NCBI GenBank assembly: GCA_015680685.1
Contig: MNCI01002585.1
Location: 452,105-516,104 of the forward strand
Reading direction: 5' to 3'
DNA length: 64,000 nucleotides
Source of the DNA: Gnetum montanum
Taxonomy: Eukaryota; Plantae; Gnetophyta
Positions 24,724-36,123 of the stretch are shown here, piece by piece. The notes under the pieces were generated by a model. The model was not told where the DNA came from. It did not search any database and saw nothing but the letters and a program-made list of their open reading frames with translations. Numbering within the stretch: position 1 is the first letter of the stretch; each line of letters starts with the position of its first letter. A program made the translations under genes and the position numbers.

Positions 24724-27302
24724 TCAGATGTAGTACAACTTAAGGTACGAGTGGTTCACCGGGTTGGCGAACTCGTTGTCGTCCATGTCTACCAGCTTGA
24801 AGGCTCCATTCTTGAAGGCTTTAGTGACCATGTAAGGGCCTTCCTAGTTGGCTAAGAATTTGCTCACATTCTCACGGATAGCCTTGAGGACGAGGTCTCC
24901 CTTCTATACTAGCCGTCGATGCAGGTCTACATGGTTCTTTTGCTGTTGCTTGCTCTGGTAGTGCTCTATGTGTCTTAGCGTCTACACGTGCTCCTCCTCT
25001 ACTGAGTCAAGGTCGATGATCCGCAACTCGTTGTTCTGGGCTTTGCTCACGACATCCGCGAGGATCATTTGGAGTGATGGTACCTGCAAATCAAGAGGCA
25101 ACACAGCTTTAGATCTATAAACAAGGCTGTAAGGGGTCTTACTTGTCATGGTTCTACATGTCGTTTTGTAGGCCTAGAGAACGTAGAGGATCTGCTCGTG
25201 CCACCACCTCTTGCTATTGCCAAGCATTCGCTTCAACAAGTTGATGGTGGACTTACTTGTAGCCTCCACATTCCCATTCGCCTACGGATAGTACGGCGAG
25301 GAGAATGATTGCTTAATGCCTAGATTGCTACAGAAGGTTCGGGTTTCCATACTACTGAATTGTGGCCCATTGTCGATCACAATAGTCATTGGAAGCCCAA
25401 ACCTTATCATAATGTTATTTAGGATGAAATGGAAGATTTGTTGAAACATCGTTTTCCTTAGGGGAATAGCTTCCACCCACTTAGTAAAATATTCGATGGC
25501 AGTGATAATGAAGCCATGACCCGTGGAGGACTTAGGCGTGATAGGTCCTATGAGGTCCATTCCTCATCGTTGGAAAGGCCACGTGATTTGCGTTGAATGT
25601 AGGTCCGTAGGTGAGATGTGTATGAGATTTGCGTATCTCTGGCACGTGTCACATGTCATGACTTTTGACAAGCAGTCACGCTCCATGTGGGGCCAATAGT
25701 ACCCTAAGCGTCTAATTTTCGCGGCCATAGCCCTAGGTGCTATATGTCCACCACACAGTCCCTTATGCACTTCATTAACTACTTTCTACACCTGCTCCCC
25801 ATCCATGCATGCCAGCAATATCCTATCGTAAGAACGTCGGCACAGGGCATGATTCCCCATGAGTGTATATTTCTGGGCACGCTTACGGATTACATCTCTT
25901 TGAGCAGATGTCAGTCCACCTGGTGGTTCACCGTGTTGTAGGTAGACCTTAATGTTAGCGTACCACTCCTGGGTATAGATGTGTTGGAGGTGGCAAGGTA
26001 GATAAAGAAAGGCTTGTCCCTTTGTAGTGGATGCACAGTTGGGAGGTGCAAGAGTTCTTTCTTCAAGTCATTGAAGGCTTGTTAACACTGGGTTGTCCAC
26101 TCGAAGTCAATCCCTTTCTTAAGAAGAAGTTGCATGGGGTGTAACTTGTTAGTCAACTTCACTATGAACCTTCGGATGAACTGTACCCTACTTTGCAAGC
26201 CATGTAACTCCTTAAGGTTCGTAGGAGGTGCCATATTGACAATGGCCTTGACTTTGTCAGGGTCCACCCTTATTCCGGCATCTAATACCATGAATCCTAA
26301 CATGCATCCAGTTTTCACACCGAAAACACACTTCTTAGGATTAAGACGTAAGTCATGCATTTGGCAACACTTGAGGACTACCCCTAGATCACGTGGATTA
26401 TCAGCTACCTCTTTGGACTTGACTGCTATATCGTCCACGTAGTCATTTAGTGTTTCTAGGATGTAATTACTGAAGATGTAAGTCATGACATGCTGGTAGG
26501 TTGCACCAGCGTTCTTGAGCCAAAAAGGCATCATGGTGTAACAGAATGTCCCCCATGGGGTCATGAAGGTTGTTGTTAGCTAATGCTCCAGGTTGATATG
26601 AATTTGGTTGTAGCCGAAAAAGTCATCCATGAAGGATAATAGAGCATGACCAACCGTAGTGTCGATGAGTTGATCAATGCTTATAAGTGGGAAGTCATCC
26701 TTGATCATCACCTTGTTCAGATCCTGGAAGTCTATGCAGATTTGTATTTCTCTCGTTTTCTTAAAAACCACAACGATGTTGGACACCCATTCCGAATAAT
26801 CAACTGTGCAGATGAAACCAGCTTGGTATAGCTTGGTGATTTCGTCACTTATGGCTAATGCAATTTCTGGTTTGACTTTTCGAGCCCTCTGCTTGACTGC
26901 CTTCATGCACGGGTCTAGGACGATGTTGTGCTATATCAGCCACAGGTCTAAACCCAGCATGTCACTGTATGACCACATGAAGACGTCGATGTTGTGTTGC
27001 AGAATTTTGGCTATGTTTTTGTGCGTCTGTGCGTCTAAGAGGGAGCTAAGCTTTAGCATTTTTACCTTTCCCTTGGGCATGATCACAAGCGTCTCGACGA
27101 GAGGGTCTTCAGTTACATCCCCAACCTCTAAATCTAGAGTTTAGACTAGATGCTCGGGCCAATCTGGGTATGCTTCTAAAGATGCTATAGTGCTAGTTGT
27201 GGTTGACCCCCAATCAATCAAGTCGAGGTTCAATTATCTTGCGAGCTTGCCATGTGGACCTGCTAGGGCTAAAGGTGTGGAGAGTTCGCGATGGATTTCC
27301 AT
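24724..27302 (-). pseudogene. pol (RT-integrase) of copy 2; RNase H region deleted at ~25985
   Basis: ORFs 26580-26906 and 26082-26564 (RT), 25564-25770 (INT zinc finger), 25282-25560 (INT core); ends LKLYYI*. The RT connection DKPFFIYLA joins almost directly to WYANIKVYL. A possible own ATG lies at 27302. Confidence 0.95.
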
Positions 27303-27420
27303 TTTTGCTTAACTTGTAAAAATGAGATCAAAGCCTGGTTAAGAGGCACCTATTGGTAGCAATCATGTATAACAAAAACTTGCAAAGCAATGATGAGATG
27401 TATGATGTAGAGATTAAAAG

Positions 27421-27785
27421 TTTGCCAGTTCAAAGTCATGGAAGACCGTTATGGCATGGAGATGTAGAGTTGCTAAAATAGGAAATGTAAAATTGTCAAC
27501 ATGAGAACATGAAACTACTGAGGAGAAAATGTAAAACTGCCAATGCGAAAATGTGAGATTGCTAGTTTAGTGTCATTGCGGACTGCAAACGTATAATAGA
27601 TCGAAACATGCTAGTTTAAGGTCTTTTCAGATCGCAAAAGTTGCAACTTCTCTGGGGTTTGCTAGTTTAAGGTCTTTTCGGATCAATAAAAGCATGACTA
27701 TGTTACGATTGCTAGTTTAAGGTCTTTTCGGATTGGTAAAAGTACAACTATGCTATGATTGCTAGTTTAAGGTCTTTTCGAACCG
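27421..27785. repeat. Second array of the same hairpin motif (five units at ~50-bp period plus one outlying copy) upstream of pol
   Basis: gctagtttaaggtcttttcgg-like cores start at ~27610, 27661, 27711, 27761, with variants at 27561 and 27424. Confidence 0.85.
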
Positions 27786-27959
27786 TGATAATCAAAAATA
27801 TTTTTTTTTTCATTTTTCAAAAAAGTAAGTAATTAGCTTGAAGCGTGTTAAGATTTTAATGCTAATAGTGCTACGATGTCGTGGCGAGCATGCTACACTG
27901 TACGGTGCACTCCGCATTAAATGGAGAGAGAGAGTGTGGCAAGTTTCCCCTTTTACCAT

Positions 27960-27990
27960 TACAACCATAAATAGGGATTAAACCCTAGTA
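27960..27990 (+). promoter_or_regulatory. Candidate internal promoter of the antisense gene (TATA-like ATAAATA + telo-box AAACCCTA)
   Basis: ATAAATA at 27967-27973, AAACCCTAG at 27980-27988, short (GA)n at ~27924, all upstream of the first exons. Confidence 0.4.
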
Positions 27991-28196
27991 AGCTTGTCAT
28001 TCTTGCTGTAAGAGTGTAGAGCCCATATTCGGAGCACAAGGCAATTTTAGAGCGATTGTGCTAACAGTGAGCAAAGCAATTTTTTGCACAGCGACAAGGA
28101 AAAGAAGTCTGTGAATAGGACAATGGCTCTGAAGAAGGAACGNNNNNNNNNNNNNNNNNNNNNNNNNNNNNNNNNNNNNNNNNNNNNNNNNNNNNN

Positions 28197-28982
28197 GGGA
28201 GTTCAACCAGAACTTGTTCAACCATGATCGGTTTGAAGAGTTCTGTCCACTCCTCATCCAGCCAACCCTGCCCCTCGCACTGATCATAGGGAATAGAATA
28301 TGCGTCTAGGTAGGTGTGATATTCATCCCTGCATTGACCAATCACGCCCGCCCACATATTCTTAGCAGAAGAGAACTCCTATAGGGCTATCTGTGTTGTA
28401 GCCAATAGACCCGGTCGGTCGTGAACCCCATCCTTGTTGATGAAGAACCTAGTAACAAACGCATACTGTTAGCATTAGGCCAATATGGCCAGCGTCGCAC
28501 AACACAGTGGAGCAAGGCTACAAAACTCACCCGCCAGCACAGTAGACAGTTCCCTAAGGGTTCTGGAAGCATGTCATCATAAAACATGCGAGGAATAATG
28601 TGTTGTAACGGTGGTAGCAGCTATACTTAGGCATATCCTAGATCCAGGTCAAATGCCTTAACCCTATTGGGTGTTGACTGGATCCTTCTCCCTACTTGCT
28701 CATAATTTCCCTGTTGGTCAAAAACCTCAGAATGCCCCGACTTGCCCCAGGCAATATGGCTTCTATTATGCCAACCGCCTCCTCCTCCTCTAGAAAGGAC
28801 CAAATGATCACATTGAAGTGGTCGAGGAGGAATTGTAAAAAGTCCTGTGCTTCTTTCCTAAACCAGACCCCCCGCTCTCCCATACGTATCTTGGGAGGAG
28901 GAGCATTGGCCACAGGTTTGCTCACATGGCACAAGACCCCTCTAATTTCTAAAAAAATCAAGATTGGCCTTAGCCCCATCCT
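28197..28982. other. Probably mis-oriented contig between N gaps (carries the FCP1-like exon)
   Basis: Bounded by N runs at 28143-28196 and 28983. 28197-28483 is an exact reverse complement of 28984-29270. Confidence 0.85.
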
Positions 28983-31905
28983 NTTGGCCTAATGCTAACA
29001 GTATGCGTTTGTTACTAGGTTCTTCATCAACAAGGATGGGGTTCACGACCGACCGGGTCTATTGGCTACAACACAGATAGCCCTATAGGAGTTCTCTTCT
29101 GCTAAGAATATGTGGGCGGGCGTGATTGGTCAATGCAGGGATGAATATCACACCTACCTAGACGCATATTCTATTCCCTATGATCAGTGCGAGGGGCAGG
29201 GTTGGCTGGATGAGGAGTGGACAGAACTCTTCAAACCGATCATGGTTGAACAAGTTCTGGTTGAACTCCCGCCGTTCCCATTACCGTATAGGCCCGGTAG
29301 GCCAAGCGGTAAGTGTTGCATGCTTAAGTGTCTTTGCAATCTTTGTACTTTCTACATTTTTTATGCTAAATATTTTTGTGAAAACTGTTGCAGGGGCAAA
29401 GAAGCCCCAGGAGGTGATGGTGGTAACTGTCGAGGCACAGGGGGTGAACATCTACTTCAAATATGACGAAGTAGAAGCAAGCCAACACTGGATAAACAGT
29501 GAGGCTTTAGACTCCTTGGTCCAGAACCTCGAAAAGGCTAGACTTATAGATCTATTCTTGGCCTCGAATCTGAGCATTCCTACCGCTGAGATGCTTTCCC
29601 TAATCAAATCCTTTTCTGAAAAGGTAGGCCGCTTCTGCATGCACATACGGGGCATGTAGGTGGTCATTGAAATCAATGACCAGCTATTTATGAACCTGTT
29701 CAGTGTTCCTACTGATGGCATCCTCATAGGGTCAAGGGGCAAGAAGGAGCTGACCCTTCAAAAGAAGGATATTTAGGAGTGGCTGGGGATTGCTAAGGAG
29801 CAAAAAGGGCTCCCTATGGATAAACTCAAAGACGGGCTTGCCTTGGAGATTTATCCTGTCTTCCGTGCTTGCGCATTCCCCTAGTTGCTTACCCAAGGGA
29901 AGGTCTTGGGGATTGAGCAGGCCTGGATAATGCATGAAGTTATGGAGGAGGGGGCCCATTACAACTGGGCCAGCTTTCTATGTAAAGGCTTGCAGGTCGA
30001 AGTCTTGGGACACCGTCAGAAATCGGAGTCCCATTCCAACATACACTATGCCTTCTACATAGGCTGTATGAAGTGCTTGGAAGAGTTTATGGTGGTTCAA
30101 GAGAATGGAGTCTGGGTCATGCGAAATCGTGACCAGATTTCTAGACCATGGATTCGCCAGATCTTTTGGACCATCCGAGCCCAAGATCCCCCAGAAATAA
30201 TTGGAGAGTCATTTTTTGTGATGACCAAGGATTAGGTGGCTCACAATGTTCGTGGCCAGAATAGCATAGGAGAGACGTCCCCTGCTATAGCTGGTGAAAC
30301 ACCGTGGAAATTGTGAATCGGCCTTAGGTAAAGATTCACGATTCAGGCAAAAGAGGAGCAGCGGCTGGCATCTTCAACTTTTGGCAGTTATCATCCTTGA
30401 GCAAAAATAAGAGACATTTTCAAGCATTTAGCAGCGGGAGCGATCATACCTTTTGGCGAAAATACAGTTCTCCCATCGGTGATCCTTGGCAGTTTTGAGC
30501 AGAGACTATCTAAAGCAAAGAAGATAGATCAGAGATCGAGAGATCATCTGGTGCGGTTGGCAAGATCTATTGATTAGACACAGTTGGTTGATAGACATCC
30601 GAGCTTGACCTTCCTTGCACTCCATCTTTGGCTTACAAGGTAGACCGAGCTCTGTTCTGCACTCCTTGTTAAACTGTTTTTCTTATTATTTTGTGTATGT
30701 TTCGCACAAGATAATCGGAGTCTTCCCATTGTAATTTTGTATACAAGATACTCGTTCTTTCGGGTCAAAGTACAGATCTTGAAATCATGCATTTCTCTTA
30801 GATCTGATTCCCTTTATCGCGTTAATGTTGTCATTATTGCAATTTATCTACATCGTTTTCCTCTCCTTTCGCGATCTATTGAATCAAATCATTCCACGAA
30901 ACACCTATAATCTTCATGAATTTACTGATTTAGTAAGTCCCTGTCTGATCGACAAGACCGTTCAGGGCACTGCGAATTCGTTTTCTCCAGCACATTCCTC
31001 GCACGGATCCATGGTTAAGACTATGTACACGGATTTTGTTTGGTATTCCAGTTGCTGACATTTTCTGTCGTTACAGTCGGTAGCATGTCGCAGGGGCAAC
31101 ATTTCATAGCTGAGATTGTGCCCAAAGAGTTGTGATGGAAGAGGCCTCCCCCAACTAAGAAAACCCTTCGCGTGGAGGAAGAGGAGGGGCGAAGACTGCG
31201 GCTTAAACTGAAGAGGACATGACCCCTCATTGGTAAACAATTTTCTTTCAATGCTTACTTTGTTATTGTTTGCTACACTATGCTATGCTAGGCGACATAG
31301 TGTAGCGTAGCACCTGCTTTAGGCTAACTTGTTTTATGTTAATGCAAACATGCTTCTCTGTTGGCAGAGGAAGAAGAACAAGAAAATGGCGATGAAGAAG
31401 TATTGGCCCCTGAGGCGGGGGTGACAAATAAAGACATAGAGGCCCTAGTCTCAGAGGAAAGGGCCCCGATCAAAAATAAAGGAGCTCCTGTCACTAAAGA
31501 AGGGGCTTTTGTCATTAGGGAGAATCCTCCTACTAACGAAGAGGAACCTCCCTTGAATAAAAAAGACGCTGGTTTCCTAAAAGGAAAGGCACCAGTGCAT
31601 GAAGAAGAGGCTTGTGTAGACTCGGTAGGGCCTTCTACCAAGGCTACTACCATTGTCTTGCATCAGCAAGAAGGGAGACCACAACTGGACGCTAGTGAGT
31701 TCGGCAATATGTCTGCCTTGTCACAGCCTGTTTCAGCCATTGCTGCTATGTTTAGTCATGTAACAAGCACTACTATTAATACTGCAAGACCCTCTCTGAT
31801 TCATGTGGAGTCGTGGGTCGAGACCCCTGACAAGCTTACATTCGTGCAGGGAATCGTTGATGACATGATCAACCGTCTCCAGTAGGTGGACCCTGACGTG
31901 GGTAG
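28484..31905 (+). pseudogene. Spliced antisense extra gene of copy 2 (FCP1/NIF-like + PMD/Transposase_32-like + acidic region); first exon displayed inverted; 3' part missing
   Basis: LIFLEIRGVLCH...WFRKEAQDFLQFLLDHFNVIIWS...NTLFL...NP. Introns at 29309-29393 and 31233-31367 (both GT-AG, phase 1) are at the same positions as in copy 1. YNWASFLCKGLQVEV matches FNWVSHLVSGLWDEI of copy 1. Confidence 0.8.
30320..31090. other. ~0.8-kb unrelated, CpG-retaining insertion within an exon of the extra gene
   Basis: Homology with copy 1 stops after GESFFVMTKD...AGETPW and resumes at QRVVMEE...RRLRLKLKRT (copy 1: KRAMMEE...KRLFIKLGQT). Confidence 0.65.
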
Positions 31906-34900
31906 GTAATAGTGTTAGGTACTCTCATGTTTTTACGCTAGAGTTTCTTGAGTTTGTTAATCTTGATATGGTAACGCGATTGCTACGCTTTTTATGTCAT
32001 GGAAACCTCTCGACTCAAATGGGACCTAGCACAGCTTTTGAAATTCGGTGTCGTGCCTAAATTCCCACCTGACGTGGTATCTCGTTGCACGTCCGACGAG
32101 GCTTGCAAATACGTTAACAAAGAAAAAAGCGATGAATGTCAAAGGAGATAATACGTTAACAAAGCAAAAAACGATGAATGTGCAAGGGATGACAAATAGG
32201 CAGGAAAGAGTGGGGTTGCTATGCTATGCATAGTTGCTTCTTCACCCATCGTGGGTTGATTGGAACGTAAGGCCGAGGCATTTCACCAAGGCCCTCGTTC
32301 ACGTCATTGTCCCCCTCTTGGAAGGGAAACTCAACCCATGCACTTTCATTTTGGAGACCGGCCTACTGAGCCGATTCTCTCATTGGATGTTCAACATATG
32401 CATGAGCATGCGCTTCATTCTCAAAGGTTATGACCTCTAAACCCTACTCCATGTTTACGTTACTAATAGCTTGTGTTGCTACTTCGTCACCATGGATCAT
32501 CACTTCTCTGCCTATGTATGGTAGGTGGATTTCCTAGTGTATAGGTGAGGAGACAACCCTAAGTTGTGCTAAACATGATCTCCCCAAGATTAGGTTAAAC
32601 TCGGGCATTTCCTTAACCATGATGAACATAGCGTTTGTGGGGAACTGGTCCCCTGCTACGAAGTCTATGTGAATTGTACCTTTCACCAGGACATGTGCCC
32701 CATTGAACGACCTTAGACACGACATTGCTATGGGTTTGATCTGGTTGACCAAGCCCAACTTGTCCACAATAGGAAAGGGGATGACTTTCATGGCAACCCC
32801 ATCATCAACGTGTACCCTTTGGATCTAGTGTTGGTTGACCCAAATTATGATAAAAAGGGGTGCTGTGGTCACCTGACCCCTTTTGGGATCTTTCCTAATC
32901 GCGTCGTCGCTGAAAGTCAATTGGGATGGTGTAGGCTTTACGGGTACAAAGGGAAGCATGACCGAGTGGATCGCTTCTTCTTCCACTGGCATGTCTTCGT
33001 TGACCGGAATCATTGTCAACATGCAGATCAGAGCCTCGCGGTGGGGGATAGACATTAAGATTAGGTCGTACAAGCTCTGTGTAACATTTTTCTATTTTAG
33101 AGCTTGCTTGACCTGAGTGAGGGTGTCCAAAAGGTCTTGGCCACCCCCCTATTTAATGTTTTCCTCCTCTTCAATTCATCCTAGAAGATGAATTTTCCAA
33201 GGAGGGGCAACTTCGGATCTAGGTTCAGATCCTTTTTGGCAAGGCGATGCAGGCTGGGCTGTCATGGCAATGTTCGTCTTTGGTGATGAAGGTGTAGACG
33301 TAGGGGGCAAAGATGTAGGTTTGGGAATGCCTTGGATGGCATTCCGCTTCGATGTCTCACCTGCGAAACACACTTCTCATTTCTTAGGAAGAGAAGGTTG
33401 TTCAGTTGTTTTATGCGACGCAAGGGCTATTGAATGAGTTGGCCCCCTAATGATGAAAGGAGCTAACGATGTTAGCAGGCAAAGTAGCGTAATTTTTCTA
33501 ATACGCTGAGGCACATAGACCATGAATGGCTGCTAGGGTGGTCTAGGATCATTGTCAATGCCGGTGGCATTGATGACGTAACTGACATTTTTGGCATTGA
33601 GGGGATTTGTGTAGACATGCATAGATTGATTTTCAGGACGTATTGGGTTGCTTTCGTCCAACACCAGTTTTCCCTGGTCGATCAATCTCTGGATGTCATC
33701 TTGCAATGCCAGACAGTAATTCAGTTTGTGATTACACTGTTGGTGGTAGTCACAAAACCTCTCCAGCTTGAAATCCTTAGGAACTGGGGGCTCATTGGGC
33801 AGGGCCAAAGAGGGGTTCTTAAGGAGCTCGCAATAGCGTTGATGTCTGTTGATTGCTTCTTGCAACATTTGCTTGTATTGCATGTGCCCCATTGCCAATA
33901 GTTGCTTCAGAAGTTCTAAAGGCTTGAGAGGCAGTGGGGTGTACTTTGAACGATCTTTACACTCAAAGTTTGGCTTCGGTTGCGTAGATGTCTCAGGTGC
34001 GGGTACTAGAGGTTGCGGCATGATACCCTGCTTGGACATGGCATTAGTTGCAAGTACGGCCATTTTCTTGTTGCTCTTGTTACTGTTGTTACTAGGTCGA
34101 GGCTTGGCCTTAGTTGCCACAGCAGCCAATGTGGTTGTTGGGGCTTTACCCTTGTCCTTCTTTGTGAAGGTGTTTTTGTAAGCGATGTAGGCCGAGTCTT
34201 TGCTTGCCTCAGCTGCATCATGTATGCTTTTAGTCTGAGCAAAGGCTTGGCTAAGAGTGCGAGGGGCGAGGTAGTACAGTTTACACTTGATAAAGTCATT
34301 CACTACACCCTTAAAGATGGCCAACAAGTGAGCTTCTGCGATGGGCTCGTAGATTTCGTTAAGGGTCAGGCTCCAGCACTGGATGAACTTCTGGACTAGT
34401 TCCAGAGGCTCCTACTTCACGCTCATCAGCTGATCCAGCGTGATTTCTGGCTTCAAGTTATACTTGAAGCGCGTCACGAACTGGGTTAGAAGCTCTTGTA
34501 AAGTTGAAATGGATGAACATGGCAGCACGTGTAACCAATCTAAAGACATGACTAATCATGTGCGGCCATTGTTGCAATAAGAGAGACTCAAACCTAAAGG
34601 TAACTAGATGTGTGTTGGGATCCCCCTCCCCATCGTATTTCATGAAGTGTGGGAGAGACATCCCTAGGGGTAACATCAAATCAGGGATTGCAGGGTTGAT
34701 AGGGTCATCCTGGTAAAAGTCCATGACTTGTACCGTGTCAAACCCGAAAGCTTTGAGGCATTTGATTTAAAAATTTAGGGACTTAAAAATTTAAGATGGA
34801 TCTCGTGCATCAAGAAAAAGAACGGGGGGTTGAGAGAAATATTGCAGAAACTGTAAAATAGAAACACTGTTAGACAGAAAGTAATAGAGAGCTCAAGCAT

Positions 34901-34918
34901 TGTACAACGCTTATTGTG

Positions 34919-34960
34919 ACACAAAACGTTTTCGGGGACTTGCACCCCTCATCAGTGTGT
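34919..34960 (-). ncRNA. Minimal type-I hammerhead ribozyme motif, copy A
   Basis: Minus: ACACA-CTGATGA-GGGG-TGCAAGT-CCCC-GAAA-ACGTT-T-TGTGT. Confidence 0.85.
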
Positions 34961-35029
34961 TTAGGCAATGCAGCCAGGCAGCTGAAGCTGCAAAGGCAAG
35001 GGAATGAGCATGCTAGTACATTTTAAATT

Positions 35030-35135
35030 TTATGGACTTAAAAATTTTATGAGCGGGAGTTTAAATTTTATGAGTGGAAGCTTAAATTTTATGAGCAGGA
35101 GTTTAAATTTTATGAGCGGGAGTTTAAATTTTTTA
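35030..35135. repeat. 21-bp tandem repeat (TTTAAATTTTATGAGCGGGAG) x4-5 at the inverted/direct junction
   Basis: Read directly; one more copy at ~35968-35998. Confidence 0.9.
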
Positions 35136-35216
35136 AGTTGGGACACTATTTATACATGTACTGACATACTCATTTCCTTACCTTTGCAGCTTCGGCTTCC
35201 TGGCCGCATTGCCTAA

Positions 35217-35258
35217 ACACACTGATGAGGGGTGCAAGTCCCCGAAAACATTTTGTGT
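35217..35258 (+). ncRNA. Minimal type-I hammerhead ribozyme motif, copy B
   Basis: ACACA-CTGATGA-GGGG-TGCAAGT-CCCC-GAAA-ACATT-T-TGTGT (CG>CA in stem III). Confidence 0.8.
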
Positions 35259-36081
35259 CACAATAGACATTGTGCAATGCTTTGAGATTTCTATTACTTT
35301 CTGTCTAACAGTGTTTTTGTTTTACAGTTTCTGCAGTATTTCTCTCAGCCCCCCATTCTTTTCCTTGATGCACGAGATCCAACTTAAAATTTTAAGACTC
35401 TGAAATTTTTCTCTCTATCTTGTTGCCTTGGAATTGCAGATCCTTGCCAGACAGTGTCTTTCATTGTCCTTTGGATTCTAACCATTTTTAGATCTTTCTA
35501 TTTTTGGTTAGGTTTTAATCCTTGTGCAGGTTCTTCACGGGTTCTAATCGCGTTGCAGGATTATGCGAACCACAACATGTTTCTTCTTGATCCGCGTTTT
35601 GACAACCGCCCTGATGACGTTGGTCCTCTTAGTTGTGGTTTCTTCTAAAGTTGTTTTCTTCAGCTTCTCCACAACCTCTGGCTATTTCTTCTCCGGCAAC
35701 GTTGCAAATCATCTCTCCGTTGCTGTTGAAGATCTTTGTTCGTTGCTGTTTTTAGCCAGACATCTGCGTTCATGACATTCTCTAGTGTTGGACCCCTCAT
35801 GTCCACCATTCAAACATGAGGGTTTCCCTTAACCCTAAACACCCTTCAACTCTACCTTGTAGATCTGATTTGTTGAATGTTTCATGTTCGCCTGTGAAAT
35901 ACTGTTTGTAATATTTTTGTCAGTACATCGTCCCACCCCCATTTCGCCTTTGACGAATGGGGCCTGCTTAAAGTTTATGAGCAGGAGTTTAAATTTTTTA
36001 AGCTAGGACACTATTTATACATGTACTGGCCTGCTCATTTCCTTACCTTTGCAGCTTCGACTACCTGGCCGCATTGCCTAA

Positions 36082-36123
36082 ACACACTGATGAGGGGTGC
36101 AAGTCCCCGAAAATGTTTTGTGT
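36082..36123 (+). ncRNA. Minimal type-I hammerhead ribozyme motif, copy C
   Basis: Same core (CG>TG in stem III). The outer pairing GCATTG/CAATGC and the side hairpin CACAAC-AGAC-GTTGTG are intact. Confidence 0.8.

Noticed and set aside
27560-27785. CRISPR-like repeat-spacer appearance (also 24272-24720)
   Set aside because: Spacers are related to each other, the repeats are degenerate, there are no cas genes, and the context is a eukaryotic retrotransposon.
28197-29270. Perfect ~287-bp inverted repeat suggesting a hairpin/siRNA locus or invertible switch
   Set aside because: The inverted segment is bounded by N gaps on both sides and the arms are identical. Flipping 28197-28982 restores the exon order seen in copy 1, so a scaffolding artefact is most likely.
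35209-35403. Repeated 64-aa ORF MPKHTDEGCKSPK (also 36074-36268)
   Set aside because: It is a translation of the hammerhead unit from a TTG start and is not preserved in the other copies.
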